Shown: positions 7,116-17,340, numbered from the stretch's first letter. The stretch: DNA of 64,000 nucleotides from Gemmatimonadales bacterium (GCA_039794085.1 JBDIWC010000012.1:1-64000); one strand, 5' to 3'. Numbers and translations are program-made. Notes: generated by a model from the letters alone, not told the origin.

Positions 7116-7337
7116 CCCGCGAGTGAAAACCAGAACGTTATGACTGCCTCGGCCAGGCCCCCACCACACGACAGGAATCCCCTCCGCAATTGACAAGAGA
7201 CGCCGCCTCTCCCCATTGTCGGGGGCGGGATTTCCCCGGGTTGAACCGGCGATACTCCCTCAACGTGTTGTCACGCAAGGGTATACGACCGTCTGCCCGG
7301 CCGCTTTCGGCCCCGGCGGTCCTGCCGTCGAGGTGTC

Positions 7338-10049
7338 ATGGCGTCTCTGGTCATCGTTGAGTCACCCACCAAGGCCCGGACCATCCGGGCCTTTCTCCCC
7401 AAGGGTTTCACCGTGACGGCCTCGATGGGTCACATCCGGGATCTTCCGGGAGACGCAAGCGAGATCCCCCCCAAGATGAAAGGGGTGGAGTGGGCCCGGC
7501 TCGGCGTGAATGTGGATGAAGGGTTTGAGCCCCTCTACGTGGTCCCCGCCGACAAGCGAAAGGTGGTCCGCGAACTCAAGGATCACCTGAAGGACGCCGA
7601 CGAACTCATCCTCGCCACCGACGAAGACCGCGAGGGGGAGAGCATCTCCTGGCACCTGCTCCAGGTGCTCGCCCCGAAGATGCCGGTGAAACGGATGGTG
7701 TTTCACGAGATCACCCGCGAGGCGATTCAAGCGGCGCTGTCCGATTGCCGTGAGGTGGACGATCGGCTGGTCCGGGCCCAGGAAACCCGCCGGATCCTCG
7801 ACCGCCTGGTCGGATACACCCTTTCACCCCTGCTTTGGAAAAAGATCGCCTGGGGACTCTCCGCCGGACGGGTCCAATCGGTGGCGGTACGGCTCCTGGT
7901 GCTCCGGGAGCGCGAGCGCCGCGCCTTCAGGGCCGGGACCTACTGGGACCTGAAGGCCCAACTGGAGCAGCAGGGCCAGGGGTTCGAGGCGCAGCTGGTG
8001 TCGGTCGACAACGTCCGGATCGCCACGGGGAAGGACTTCGACGAGGCCACCGGCCGCATCGCCGAGGGGAAGAAGGTCCGCCTGCTGGACGAAGCGTCGG
8101 CGCGGGGGCTCCAGGCCAAACTCGTGACGATGCCGTGGACGGTGACGGAGACGGAGGAGAAGCCCTCGGTTCGGCGTCCCGCCCCCCCGTTCACCACCTC
8201 CACTCTGCAGCAGGAGGCCAACCGCAAGCTCCGCCTCAGCGCCCGCGACACGATGCGGACAGCCCAGAATCTGTACGAGCGCGGCTTCATCACCTACATG
8301 CGAACCGACTCGGTGCATCTCTCCACCCAGGCGATCACCGCGGCCCGGGAGATGGTGTCGGAACGCTACGGCAAGGAGTATCTGTCGCCCTCTCCCCGAA
8401 ACTTTGTGACGAAGAACGCCTCGGCACAGGAGGCCCACGAGGCGATCCGCCCGGCCGGATCCCACTTCCGTCCCCCCGACGCCACCGGACTCGACGGGCG
8501 GGAGCTCGCGGTGTATGACCTCATCTGGAAGCGGACCGTGGCGTGCCAGATGGCCGACGCCCGGCAGACCGGCATTCAGGTCCGGCTGGCGGTCGATACG
8601 GCCGAGTTCCGCGCCACGGGCAAGCGGATCGACTTCGCCGGTTTCCTCCGGGCCTACGTGGAGGGGTCGGATGATCCCGAGGCCGCTCTGGAGAACCGGG
8701 AAATCATTCTGCCTCCTCTTGCCGTGGGTGACACGCCGCGGTGCGAGTCCCTCGAGGCGATCTCCCACGTGACCCAACCTCCCGCCCGGTACACCGAAGC
8801 GTCGCTGGTCAAGGAGCTGGAGAGCGACGGGGTGGGTCGGCCCAGCACCTACGCCAGCATCATCGGCACCATCATCGAGCGCGGGTACGTGGTCCGCCAG
8901 GGGCAGGCCCTGGTGCCCACCTTCACGGCGTTTGCCGTGACCGGGCTTCTGGAGGAGCACTTTCCCCACCTGGTCGATACCGGGTTCACGGCGCGGATGG
9001 AGCAAACCCTCGACGAGATCTCCGAGGGATCGGCCGAGTGGCTGCCGTATCTCTCGGAGTTTTATCTGGGAGACGAGGGGCTCCGGGCCCAGGTGGAAGT
9101 CCATGAGTCGGAGATCGACCCGGCACGGGCGAGGACGGTGGCCCTGGAGGGGATCGAGGGAAAGATCCGGATCGGCCGGTTCGGTCCCTATGTGGAGGTG
9201 GAGCGACCCGGCGAGGGATCGCTCAAGGCGTCGATCCCGAAGGACTCCGCTCCGGCGGACCTCGATCAGGAGATGGTCGACTCTCTGCTGCGCCAGAAGC
9301 TCGAGGGCCCCGATGAAGTGGGGCGCCACCCCGAGACCGGGGAGCCGATCTTCCTTCTCACCGGGCAGTACGGTCCCTATCTGCAGCTCGGGGAGATGGC
9401 GGACGGCCAGCCGAAACCGAAGCGCGCCTCGCTGCCCAAGGGCGTCACCCCCGAATCAGTCACTCTCGACATGGCCGTCGGCCTCCTCTCCCTCCCTCGC
9501 CTTCTCGGCGCCCACCCGACCACCGGCGGGAAGGTGCAGGCCGGGCTCGGCCGGTTCGGTCCGTACATCGTGCACGACCAGGGGAAGGACGGGAAGGAGT
9601 ACCGGTCGCTCAAGGGAGAGGATCAGGTCCTGACCGTCGGCCTCGAGCGGGCGCTTGAGCTCCTGGCGCAGCCCAAGATGGGCCGGGGACGGCGCGGAGC
9701 GGCGACTCCGACCAAGGTTCTCGGGGCCCACCCCGGGGATGGGGAACCGGTCGGTCTCTACGACGGCAAGTACGGCCCCTATGTGAAGCACGGTGCGGTG
9801 AGCGCCTCCATTCCCAAGGGTCGGGATCCCTCCACCGTCACCCTCGACGAAGCGGTGACCTGGATCGCGGAGAAGGCGCCCGCTGTCCGGAAGACGAAAC
9901 GCGCGGGAGGTGGAGCGCGTAGGGCGACAGGTAAGAAGAAAGCCGCCCCCGGCCCCCGGAAGAAGACGGTCCGGAAGACCACGTCCAGGGCAACGAAGAA
10001 AAAGAAGGCCACGAAGAAGGTCTCGAAGCGGACCCCGTCGGACGCATGA
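7338..10049 (+). CDS. topA: Type IA DNA topoisomerase I
   Basis: [26 protein letters not shown], catalytic ITYMRTD; C-terminal GRFGPY repeats and Lys-rich tail. Confidence 0.98.
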   Translation: MASLVIVESPTKARTIRAFLPKGFTVTASMGHIRDLPGDASEIPPKMKGVEWARLGVNVDEGFEPLYVVPADKRKVVRELKDHLKDADELILATDEDREGESISWHLLQVLAPKMPVKRMVFHEITREAIQAALSDCREVDDRLVRAQETRRILDRLVGYTLSPLLWKKIAWGLSAGRVQSVAVRLLVLRERERRAFRAGTYWDLKAQLEQQGQGFEAQLVSVDNVRIATGKDFDEATGRIAEGKKVRLLDEASARGLQAKLVTMPWTVTETEEKPSVRRPAPPFTTSTLQQEANRKLRLSARDTMRTAQNLYERGFITYMRTDSVHLSTQAITAAREMVSERYGKEYLSPSPRNFVTKNASAQEAHEAIRPAGSHFRPPDATGLDGRELAVYDLIWKRTVACQMADARQTGIQVRLAVDTAEFRATGKRIDFAGFLRAYVEGSDDPEAALENREIILPPLAVGDTPRCESLEAISHVTQPPARYTEASLVKELESDGVGRPSTYASIIGTIIERGYVVRQGQALVPTFTAFAVTGLLEEHFPHLVDTGFTARMEQTLDEISEGSAEWLPYLSEFYLGDEGLRAQVEVHESEIDPARARTVALEGIEGKIRIGRFGPYVEVERPGEGSLKASIPKDSAPADLDQEMVDSLLRQKLEGPDEVGRHPETGEPIFLLTGQYGPYLQLGEMADGQPKPKRASLPKGVTPESVTLDMAVGLLSLPRLLGAHPTTGGKVQAGLGRFGPYIVHDQGKDGKEYRSLKGEDQVLTVGLERALELLAQPKMGRGRRGAATPTKVLGAHPGDGEPVGLYDGKYGPYVKHGAVSASIPKGRDPSTVTLDEAVTWIAEKAPAVRKTKRAGGGARRATGKKKAAPGPRKKTVRKTTSRATKKKKATKKVSKRTPSDA

Positions 10050-10110
10050 ACCAGCCATGCACGAGGAATCACCCCGAGGGCGACACCCGAGGGATCCAGG
10101 GGAGGACCAC

Positions 10111-12093
10111 ATGAGGGTGAGCAGGATAGCGGGAATGGGAGCGCTGGTCGCTGTGCTCGGGGGGGCTCCGGCCCGAGCCCAGGAGCCGTCGCGGGTGGTG
10201 ATCGAGCCCGTTGCTGTCGCCCTTGATCTCGATCAGGCGGTCACCGTCCGGGCACGGGTTCTCGACGCGTCCGGGACGACGCTGGTCCGGCCGGTGAGCT
10301 GGTTCAGCGGGAGTCGGCGCTCGGTCTCGGTCGACTCCACGGGGAAGGTGACCGGACTTCGGCCGGGGGAGTTCACGGTCTTCGTGCAGGTGGCGGGGAC
10401 CGGGATTCGAGCCGAGTTGCCGGTGACGGTCCGGTGGCCCGCGATCCGGACGGTGGCGGTCACCGGTGGCATCAGGGGAGAAAGCCCGTACTACCAGGGG
10501 GTGACGAGTCGTCACCGCGCAGTGGTGACCGACACCCGGGGCACGGTCCGGAAGAATGTCGAGGTCCGCTGGGCGAGTGACGATTCGTCGGTCGTGGCGG
10601 TGAACCGCTTCGGCGATGTGACGGCGGTGGCGCCGGGGTCGGCCACGATTCTGGCCACGGCGGGCGGTGTCACGGGGAGTCTGCGGGTGACGGTGGCGCC
10701 GAATCCGGTCCGGTCGATCGAGGTCGTTGCCTCCGCCGAGGGGGGGCGGACGGGAGACGTGATCACTTTCAGGGCCACGGCGCGCGATGCCGCGGGAGCG
10801 GCGGTGACGGTTCCGGTGACCTGGGCCGTCCATGCGATGGTGGAGGACACGGTGATCGCACCCGGAGCCGCGGCCTTCGTCGATCCGGAGGGTCGTTTCG
10901 TGGCCAACCGGGCGGGGCAGTTCCAGGTGGTGGCGTCGATCGGGTCCCTGGCGGCGAGCCGCACGGTCGATATCGGGCACCGGCACCAGTCGGCGCGCCT
11001 GAACGCCGCGGTGGGGCAGGGGGCCGTCTCCCACGTCCATACCTCCGACCTCTGGGTCTGGGAAGGGAAGGACGGGCGGGACTACGCGGTCACCGGCACC
11101 TGGGGGGCAGCGGGCGCCGCCTATTTTTGGGATGTGACCAATCCGGCCGCCCCGGTTCTGACGGACAGCGTCGTGGTCGACGCGCGGACGGTGAATGATG
11201 TGAAGGTGGATGCGGCCCGCGGAATCTGCGTCATCACCCGGGAAGGGGCCTCGAACCGGCGGAACGGCTTCGTGGTGCTCGACTGCGGCAACCCGCGGGA
11301 TGTGAAGGTGCTTTCCCGGTTCGACGACGGGCTGGTCGGCGGGGTCCACAACGTGTTCCTGTATGCCAATCACGTCTACGCCATCAACGCCGGCCGCCGG
11401 TTCGACATCATCTCGCTGGAGAATCCGACCGCTCCGCGCCGGGTCGGGTTCTTCGAACTCGACACCCCGGGACACGGGATCCACGACGTGTGGGTGGAGG
11501 ACGGGATCGCCTACACCTCCAATTGGGGCGACGGTGTGGCGATGGTGGATGTCGGGAACGGGATGGCGGGCGGATCGGTCGAACGACCGGTCCTGATCGG
11601 GTCCTATGCCTACCCGATCGGCGCCACCCACGCCGCCTTCCCCTGGCGCTCCGCCTCGGCGGGAGGGAAGCTCTACCTCTTCGTGGGAGATGAGCAGTTT
11701 CCCCACGACCTCCCCGATGATGGCCCCGACGAGGCCGGCGGGTACGTGCACATCGTGGACTTCACCGATCCGCGCAGCCCGCACGAAGTGGCGCGCTACC
11801 AGGTGCCGGAAGCGGGGCCGCACAATCTCTGGGTCGAGAACGACACCTTGTATGTGGCCTACTACAATGCCGGGGTCCGCGTGGTGGACGTCTCCGGCGA
11901 GCTGCTCGGCAACCTCTACGAACAGGGTCGCGAGCTGGCCCGCTTCAAGGCGAACGATCCCCGAGGGTTTGTGGCAAACGCCGGGATGGCATGGGGGCCG
12001 CAACCGCACAAGGGCCACCTGTTCTTCAGCGACTTCAATTCGGGACTGTGGGCGGTCAAGTTGCCGGCCCGTTCCCCCCCTCCGGTGCCGTGA
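10111..12093 (+). CDS. Secreted Ig-like (Big_2) domain + LVIVD-repeat beta-propeller protein, paralog 1
   Basis: RBS GGAGG; signal peptide ARAQ; Ig-like WxS...V.VD..G.V repeats; HIVDFTDP and VRVVDVS blades. Confidence 0.85.
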   Translation: MRVSRIAGMGALVAVLGGAPARAQEPSRVVIEPVAVALDLDQAVTVRARVLDASGTTLVRPVSWFSGSRRSVSVDSTGKVTGLRPGEFTVFVQVAGTGIRAELPVTVRWPAIRTVAVTGGIRGESPYYQGVTSRHRAVVTDTRGTVRKNVEVRWASDDSSVVAVNRFGDVTAVAPGSATILATAGGVTGSLRVTVAPNPVRSIEVVASAEGGRTGDVITFRATARDAAGAAVTVPVTWAVHAMVEDTVIAPGAAAFVDPEGRFVANRAGQFQVVASIGSLAASRTVDIGHRHQSARLNAAVGQGAVSHVHTSDLWVWEGKDGRDYAVTGTWGAAGAAYFWDVTNPAAPVLTDSVVVDARTVNDVKVDAARGICVITREGASNRRNGFVVLDCGNPRDVKVLSRFDDGLVGGVHNVFLYANHVYAINAGRRFDIISLENPTAPRRVGFFELDTPGHGIHDVWVEDGIAYTSNWGDGVAMVDVGNGMAGGSVERPVLIGSYAYPIGATHAAFPWRSASAGGKLYLFVGDEQFPHDLPDDGPDEAGGYVHIVDFTDPRSPHEVARYQVPEAGPHNLWVENDTLYVAYYNAGVRVVDVSGELLGNLYEQGRELARFKANDPRGFVANAGMAWGPQPHKGHLFFSDFNSGLWAVKLPARSPPPVP

Positions 12094-12158
12094 GCACCGG
12101 CCGACGCCCCGGCCGTGAAGGGCCGGGCCCTTTCCCCGCACCCAGGATGGTATCGCCC

Positions 12159-14159
12159 ATGATGGCCTTGAAACGACTCTTTTCACCTGTACTGATGGCG
12201 GGGATCGTGAGTGCATCCCTCTCCGGTACCCACTCCCTGTCGGCGCAGACGCCGGTGGTGGATCGCATCGAGCTCCGGCCCACGTCCATCACTCTCGAGG
12301 TGGACGGCACGGCCACGGTGACCGCGATCGCCTACGATGCCGAGGGACGTCGCCTGGACACTCCCCTGACCTGGTTCTCCTCCAACCGGCGGTCGGTGCG
12401 GGTGGACAGCATGGGAACCGTCACCGCCCTGCGGCCCGGCAACTTCCAGATCTTCGCGGGGGTCGTGGTGCAGGAACGGCAGGTGAGGGACACGGTGGAG
12501 GTGACGGTGAACTGGCCCGCCCTTCAGTCGGTGGCTGTTGAGGGACCCTCCCGGCTCTATGCCGGGACCACCGTGCGTCATCGTGCCCGGGTCATGGACG
12601 TGACCGGCAGCCGGCGCACCAACGTGAGTGTGCAGTGGCGCTCCGACAACCCGGCCGTTGCCTCGGTGGACGCCTTTGGAGACGTGGTGGCGCACCAGCC
12701 CGGCCGGGCGACCCTCTTTGCCAGTGCGGGTGGGGTCACCGGGAGCCATCAGGTGTCCATCGTCCCCAATCCGGCGCGGCGCATCGAGATCACCGCCTCG
12801 GCCGAGGGGGGTCGGACCGGCGACGTGATCCGGTTCACCGCCACGGCCCGCGACGCGGCGGGTGCCGTGGTGCCCGACATGCCGGTGGTTCTCGCGCTCA
12901 AGGCCACGGTGGAGGACACCGTGATCGCTCCCGGGGGCGCCGCCTCGGTGGACAGCGAGGGGCGGTTCGTGGCCCAGCGGGCGGGGGACTACACGGTGGT
13001 GGCGACGGCGGGGGGCCTCGCGGCTCAGAAGACCATCGGGATCACCCATCGGTTCGCCTCCACCCGGATTGCGTCGGGCAAGGGACACGGAGCCGTGACC
13101 GATGTGCACACCTCCGATCTCTGGGTCTGGGAGGGGAAGGACGGAAGGGACTACGCGGTGACGGGAACCTGGGGCGGCAACGGTGTCGCCTACTTCTGGG
13201 ATGTGTCGGATCCCGCCACCCCGGTCCTGACCGACAGCATCGTGGTGGATGCCCGGACGGTGAACGACGTGAAGGTGGATGCCGAGCGGGGGATCTGTGT
13301 CATCAGCCGGGAAGGGGCCTCGAGCCGGCGGAACGGCTTCGTGGTGCTCGACTGCAGCGACCCGCGGAACGTGCAGGTGCTCTCCCGGTTTGACGACGGT
13401 CTGGTCGGCGGGGTTCACAATGTGTTCCTCTACCGCAATCACATCTTCGCCATCAACGCCGGGCGCCGGTTCGACATCATCTCGCTGGAGGATCCCCGGA
13501 ACCCGCGGCGGGTCGGCTTCTACGAGCACCCGGGGGAGTTCGGGATTCACGACGTGTGGGTGGTGGACGGGATCGCCTACGCGTCCCAGTGGGGCGCCGG
13601 GGTGGTTCTGGTGGATGTGGGGAACGGGGTGGCGGGCGGGTCGCTGGACAACCCCGTCTTCATCAGCAACTACGCCTATCCCATCGGGCGCACGCATGCC
13701 GCCTACCCCTATCGCTCCCAGTCCACGGGCAAGCTCTACCTCTTCCTGGGCGACGAGATCTTTCCCTACGGGCTGAACACCGAGGACGGGGTCAACGAGG
13801 CCGGTGGATACATCCACATCGTCGACTTCACCGACCTCCGGAATCCGAAGGAGGTGGCTCGCTATCAGGTGCCGGAGGCGGGTCCGCACAACCTCTGGGT
13901 CGAGAACGACACCCTCTATGCCGCCTACTACAACGCGGGGCTCCGCGTGGTGGACGTCTCGGGCGAGTTGGCCGGAAACCTCTACGAGCAGGGCCGGGAG
14001 CTGGCCCGGTTCCAGCCGTTCGATCCGAAGGCGAAGATCCCGAACGCCCCGTTCGTCTGGGGCCCCCAGCCACACAAGGGCCATGTGTTCATCTCCGACT
14101 GGAATTCGGGGCTCTGGTCGGTGAAACTGCCGGAGCGCCCGCGGGCGCCGATCCCGTGA
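12159..14159 (+). CDS. Secreted Ig-like + LVIVD-repeat beta-propeller protein, paralog 2
   Basis: Collinear with paralog 1 (HTSDLWVWEGKDGRDYAVTGTWG identical); start 12147 or 12159. Confidence 0.85.
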   Translation: MMALKRLFSPVLMAGIVSASLSGTHSLSAQTPVVDRIELRPTSITLEVDGTATVTAIAYDAEGRRLDTPLTWFSSNRRSVRVDSMGTVTALRPGNFQIFAGVVVQERQVRDTVEVTVNWPALQSVAVEGPSRLYAGTTVRHRARVMDVTGSRRTNVSVQWRSDNPAVASVDAFGDVVAHQPGRATLFASAGGVTGSHQVSIVPNPARRIEITASAEGGRTGDVIRFTATARDAAGAVVPDMPVVLALKATVEDTVIAPGGAASVDSEGRFVAQRAGDYTVVATAGGLAAQKTIGITHRFASTRIASGKGHGAVTDVHTSDLWVWEGKDGRDYAVTGTWGGNGVAYFWDVSDPATPVLTDSIVVDARTVNDVKVDAERGICVISREGASSRRNGFVVLDCSDPRNVQVLSRFDDGLVGGVHNVFLYRNHIFAINAGRRFDIISLEDPRNPRRVGFYEHPGEFGIHDVWVVDGIAYASQWGAGVVLVDVGNGVAGGSLDNPVFISNYAYPIGRTHAAYPYRSQSTGKLYLFLGDEIFPYGLNTEDGVNEAGGYIHIVDFTDLRNPKEVARYQVPEAGPHNLWVENDTLYAAYYNAGLRVVDVSGELAGNLYEQGRELARFQPFDPKAKIPNAPFVWGPQPHKGHVFISDWNSGLWSVKLPERPRAPIP

Positions 14160-15316
14160 TGGGCCTGTCACGTCTCGCCCTGCTGACGTCCCTCTTCCTC
14201 CCGGCGAGTGTTCTGTCGGGAGAGGCGGCGGCCCAGGCCCCCTATCGGCTTCTCGCCACCGCCGAGTCGGACGATCAGGTGGCGCTGATCGAGTTCACGC
14301 CGTGTACCGGGCCCGGCGTCCCCGCCGGGTGCGGTGCGCGGGTGGCCCGGACCTACGATGTCGGAGTCTGGGCTCCGGAAACCGAGGGACCGCATGGGGT
14401 GGTCCCGTCGCCGGATGGGCGGAGCTTCTTTGTCTCCCTCGCCCACGGCCAGCCCTTTGGGTTTCTCCAGAAGGTGGACCTGGAGAGCGGTACGGCCTCG
14501 GGGCTGGTCACCCTGGGAATGTTCCCGGCCACGGTGGACATCGCCCGGAACGGCGGATTCCTCTGGGTGGTGAACTTCAATTTCGAGGACCCGACGATGG
14601 CCCCGTCGTCGGTGTCGGTGGTGGACGCCGCCACGATGGCCGAAGTGGCGCGCACCACAACCTGCCGGATGCCGCATGGGTCGCGGATCAATCCGCAGGG
14701 GACCCGCCACTACTCCGGATGCATGATGAACGATCTCCTCGTGGAGATCGATACCCGGACCTTCGCGGGGACCCGTGCGTTCACTCTGGTGGCGGGCAAG
14801 GAGGGCGGGGTACCCTGGCCGACATTCGCCGAGGTCTCGCACGAGGGGATGCACGGCGGCATGGGAGAAATGGGGGACATGTCCAATGTGTGCAGTCCCA
14901 CCTGGGCTCAACCCTCGGCGGACGGCAGCCGGATCTTCGTGGCCTGCAACAAGTCGGCCGAGATCGTGGAGGTCGACGCCGAGGCATGGACCCTGGTCCG
15001 CCGGTGGAAGACACCGCCGGCACCGTACAACCTCGCCGTGACCCCGGACGGGAAGCTGCTGGTGGTCACCCAGAAGGGACCTGGTACCGTGAGCATCTGG
15101 CGTCTGGTGGACGGACTCCTTCTGGCCGACATTCCCGGAACCCGAAAGGTGGCGAGTGGGGTGGCGGTCAGCGCCGATTCACGCTATGCCTTCGCGACGC
15201 TCGAAGGCGTGGGCGGCGAGCCGGGCACGATCGATGTCATTGATCTGCGGAAGTTCACGAAGGTGGCCAGCGTGGAGATTGGCAAGCAGGCGGGCGGGAT
15301 CGCGATGCTTCCGTGA
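14159..15316 (+). CDS. Secreted YncE/YVTN-like beta-propeller protein
   Basis: TGATG coupling to upstream gene; signal peptide AAAQ; PHGVVPSPDG, PYNLAVTPDG and GKQAGGIA blades. Confidence 0.85.
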   Translation: MGLSRLALLTSLFLPASVLSGEAAAQAPYRLLATAESDDQVALIEFTPCTGPGVPAGCGARVARTYDVGVWAPETEGPHGVVPSPDGRSFFVSLAHGQPFGFLQKVDLESGTASGLVTLGMFPATVDIARNGGFLWVVNFNFEDPTMAPSSVSVVDAATMAEVARTTTCRMPHGSRINPQGTRHYSGCMMNDLLVEIDTRTFAGTRAFTLVAGKEGGVPWPTFAEVSHEGMHGGMGEMGDMSNVCSPTWAQPSADGSRIFVACNKSAEIVEVDAEAWTLVRRWKTPPAPYNLAVTPDGKLLVVTQKGPGTVSIWRLVDGLLLADIPGTRKVASGVAVSADSRYAFATLEGVGGEPGTIDVIDLRKFTKVASVEIGKQAGGIAMLP

Positions 15317-15323
15317 GGAGTCC

Positions 15324-16022
15324 ATGCTGCTGCTGGTGAGTCTCCTGGCCCTGGCCATCGGCCCGCTGGTGTATCGGGTGGCCGGGGGCCACCCCCGGAT
15401 GCTCTCCTTCCTGGATGGGTTCAATCTGACCGCCATCACCGGTCTGGTGCTGCTCGCGGTGGTTCCCGAGGCGGTGCGTCACCGGGAGTGGGCCGCGCCG
15501 CTCTTCGCGGTCGCCGGGTTTCTGGGACCGGGGATGGCGGAGCGGTTCCTCCGCTCGCCCCAGGGGGGGCTGCACCGGGTCGCCCTCCTCCTGGGTGCCG
15601 TGGTGATCTCGTTGCACTCGGTGACCGACGGGGCAGCCCTTGCGACCTCCGGCAATGCCTCCGGCGAGATCGCGGATGGACAACTCCTGCCCCTGGCGGT
15701 GCTGCTGCACCAGGTTCCGGTCGGAATGACGGTCTGGTGGCTTCTGCGACGCATCGGACTCGTGATTGTCCTGCTGGCCTTTGCCCTCATGGCTGCAGCG
15801 ACGATCGGCGGATACTTCGCCGGGGGTGCCATGCTCTCCATGCTGTCGGTCCGGGAGGTGGAGTGGTTCCAGGCGTTCGTGGGGGGATCCCTGCTCCATG
15901 TGGTTTACCACCGGATCGAGCCGGGACATCACTGTACCGAGGGGCATGCCCTGAGTCGCCGGGCGGAATGGGCCGGCGGCGGGGTTGCCCTGCTGCTGCT
16001 TGGGTTGCTGGTGCTGGTGTAG
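15324..16022 (+). CDS. ZIP-like metal permease / membrane protein
   Basis: RBS GAGGAG; multiple TM helices; LHSVTDG and LLHQVPVG resemble ZIP TM4/TM5; HHCTEGH loop. Confidence 0.65.
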   Translation: MLLLVSLLALAIGPLVYRVAGGHPRMLSFLDGFNLTAITGLVLLAVVPEAVRHREWAAPLFAVAGFLGPGMAERFLRSPQGGLHRVALLLGAVVISLHSVTDGAALATSGNASGEIADGQLLPLAVLLHQVPVGMTVWWLLRRIGLVIVLLAFALMAAATIGGYFAGGAMLSMLSVREVEWFQAFVGGSLLHVVYHRIEPGHHCTEGHALSRRAEWAGGGVALLLLGLLVLV

Positions 16023-16044
16023 GATGGTACTTTGCTCGCCGATT

Positions 16045-16131
16045 GGACAGGTGGCCGAGTGGTTGAAGGCGCACGCCTGGAAAGCGTGTGAACCCGAAAG
16101 GGTTTCGCGGGTTCGAATCCCGCCCTGTCCG
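16045..16131 (+). tRNA. tRNA-Ser (anticodon GGA)
   Basis: Acceptor GGACAGG/CCTGTCC; anticodon arm CACGC-CTGGAAA-GCGTG; long variable arm; GTTCGAATC T-loop; CCA not encoded. Confidence 0.97.
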
Positions 16132-16217
16132 CTGGTGTCCGGTCGACTCTCCGTGGCCAGGAAGGGTCGTCGCTCGCGGGTGGAGCTGCGGCCGCAGTCG
16201 GTTTCTCATCCCGCCGA

Positions 16218-16241
16218 GGGCGAGGCATGCCTCGCCCCTAC
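16218..16241 (-). repeat. GTAG-type REP-like palindrome
   Basis: Perfect palindrome GGGCGAGGCATGCCTCGCCC followed by CTAC. Confidence 0.85.
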
Positions 16242-16270
16242 ACGCTCCGACCGCCAGGGCGGTCTCCGCA

Positions 16271-16285
16271 TCGAATCCCGCCCTG
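16271..16285 (+). repeat. 15-bp direct repeat of the tRNA-Ser 3' part (att-like)
   Basis: TCGAATCCCGCCCTG identical to 16113-16127. Confidence 0.8.
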
Positions 16286-16413
16286 GTAGCCTGTCCCGAG
16301 GGGGCGCGTGCGGCCCCGAGGGATCTCGTCGGGTGTGACGGGATCCCTTGTCGTTCGCGGGTTCTCCCGCGGGGTCATACGGGTTCCCCCATGTACGCTC
16401 CCGCGCAGGGGAT

Positions 16414-16498
16414 GGCCGCGGAGCGGCCCCGGATCATGGCCCACGGCTTCAGCCGTGGGGGTGCCGCACGATCGTCCTCGGGCGCCCCGGAGGGGCGC
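16414..16498. repeat. Triple-hairpin element of IS200/IS605- or RAYT-associated type
   Basis: GGCCGCGGAGCGGCC ... CCCACGGCT-TC-AGCCGTGGG (16440-16459) ... GCGCCCCGGAGGGGCGC. Confidence 0.55.
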
Positions 16499-16594
16499 AA
16501 GTCAGTTCCAGGAGCCCGGCCTCCTTTGCATGCTGACCCCAGGGCGGCTAGAATCCGATCTTGTCCGGCTGCGACAACTCGCCTGGAGGTCACC

Positions 16595-17278
16595 GTGTCC
16601 CGCCTACCACTGTTCGGCCCAATCCTGTTCATCACCGCTCTCCTACCGGTCCCTGCCACGGGGCAGGAAGGCTTCTCCGGGGTTGTCACCTACGACCTCC
16701 GGGCCAACGGGCAGAGCATGACCATGCGATACCTCTCGCGGGACGGAAAGATCCGCCAGGAGATGGAGATGCCCGGCATGGCCGGATCCATCTTCACGCT
16801 CATCGGGGTGACCCCGGGCAGGATGCAGGTTGTCATGCCGGCGATGGGGATGTACATGGAGACCGACATGACGGCGTCGGCGATGGACGCGGCTCCGGTG
16901 CCAACCGACAAGACTCCGGTCATGAAGAAACTCGGCAGTGAAACAATTGCCGGGTACCCCTGTGACAACTACGTGATGGGGGAGGAACAGGCCCAGGAGT
17001 TGGTGGAGGTGTGTGTGGCCAAGGGGCTCGGTTGGTTCATGAATGGATCGACGCCCAAGGGTCCGATGCCGGGAGCGGGGCCCATGCCACCCAACCTGAG
17101 TGCCTACCTTTCCGCCTTCAAGGACGGGATGTTTCCTCTTCGAGTCACCCAGATCAAAGATGGAAAGCGGGAGGTGATCCTCGAGGCTACGGGGATCGAC
17201 CGCACGGCACCGGAGGCGTCACTCTTTACCCTCCCCGCCGGGCTGCGGAAGATGGACATGCCGGGCATGGGAGGCTGA
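16595..17278 (+). CDS. DUF4412-like secreted protein
   Basis: GTG behind GGAGG; signal peptide; [16 protein letters not shown] and FTLPAG motifs; upstream TTGCAT-N17-TAGAAT. Confidence 0.75.
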   Translation: MSRLPLFGPILFITALLPVPATGQEGFSGVVTYDLRANGQSMTMRYLSRDGKIRQEMEMPGMAGSIFTLIGVTPGRMQVVMPAMGMYMETDMTASAMDAAPVPTDKTPVMKKLGSETIAGYPCDNYVMGEEQAQELVEVCVAKGLGWFMNGSTPKGPMPGAGPMPPNLSAYLSAFKDGMFPLRVTQIKDGKREVILEATGIDRTAPEASLFTLPAGLRKMDMPGMGG

Positions 17279-17308
17279 ACGCGATCCAGAACTCCTGTGG
17301 ATCAGTCT

Positions 17309-17340
17309 TCGGGGGCACCGCAACCAATCGGTGCCCCCGA
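17309..17340 (+). terminator. Stem-loop downstream of the DUF4412 gene
   Basis: TCGGGGGCACCG-N8-CGGTGCCCCCGA; weak U tract. Confidence 0.55.
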
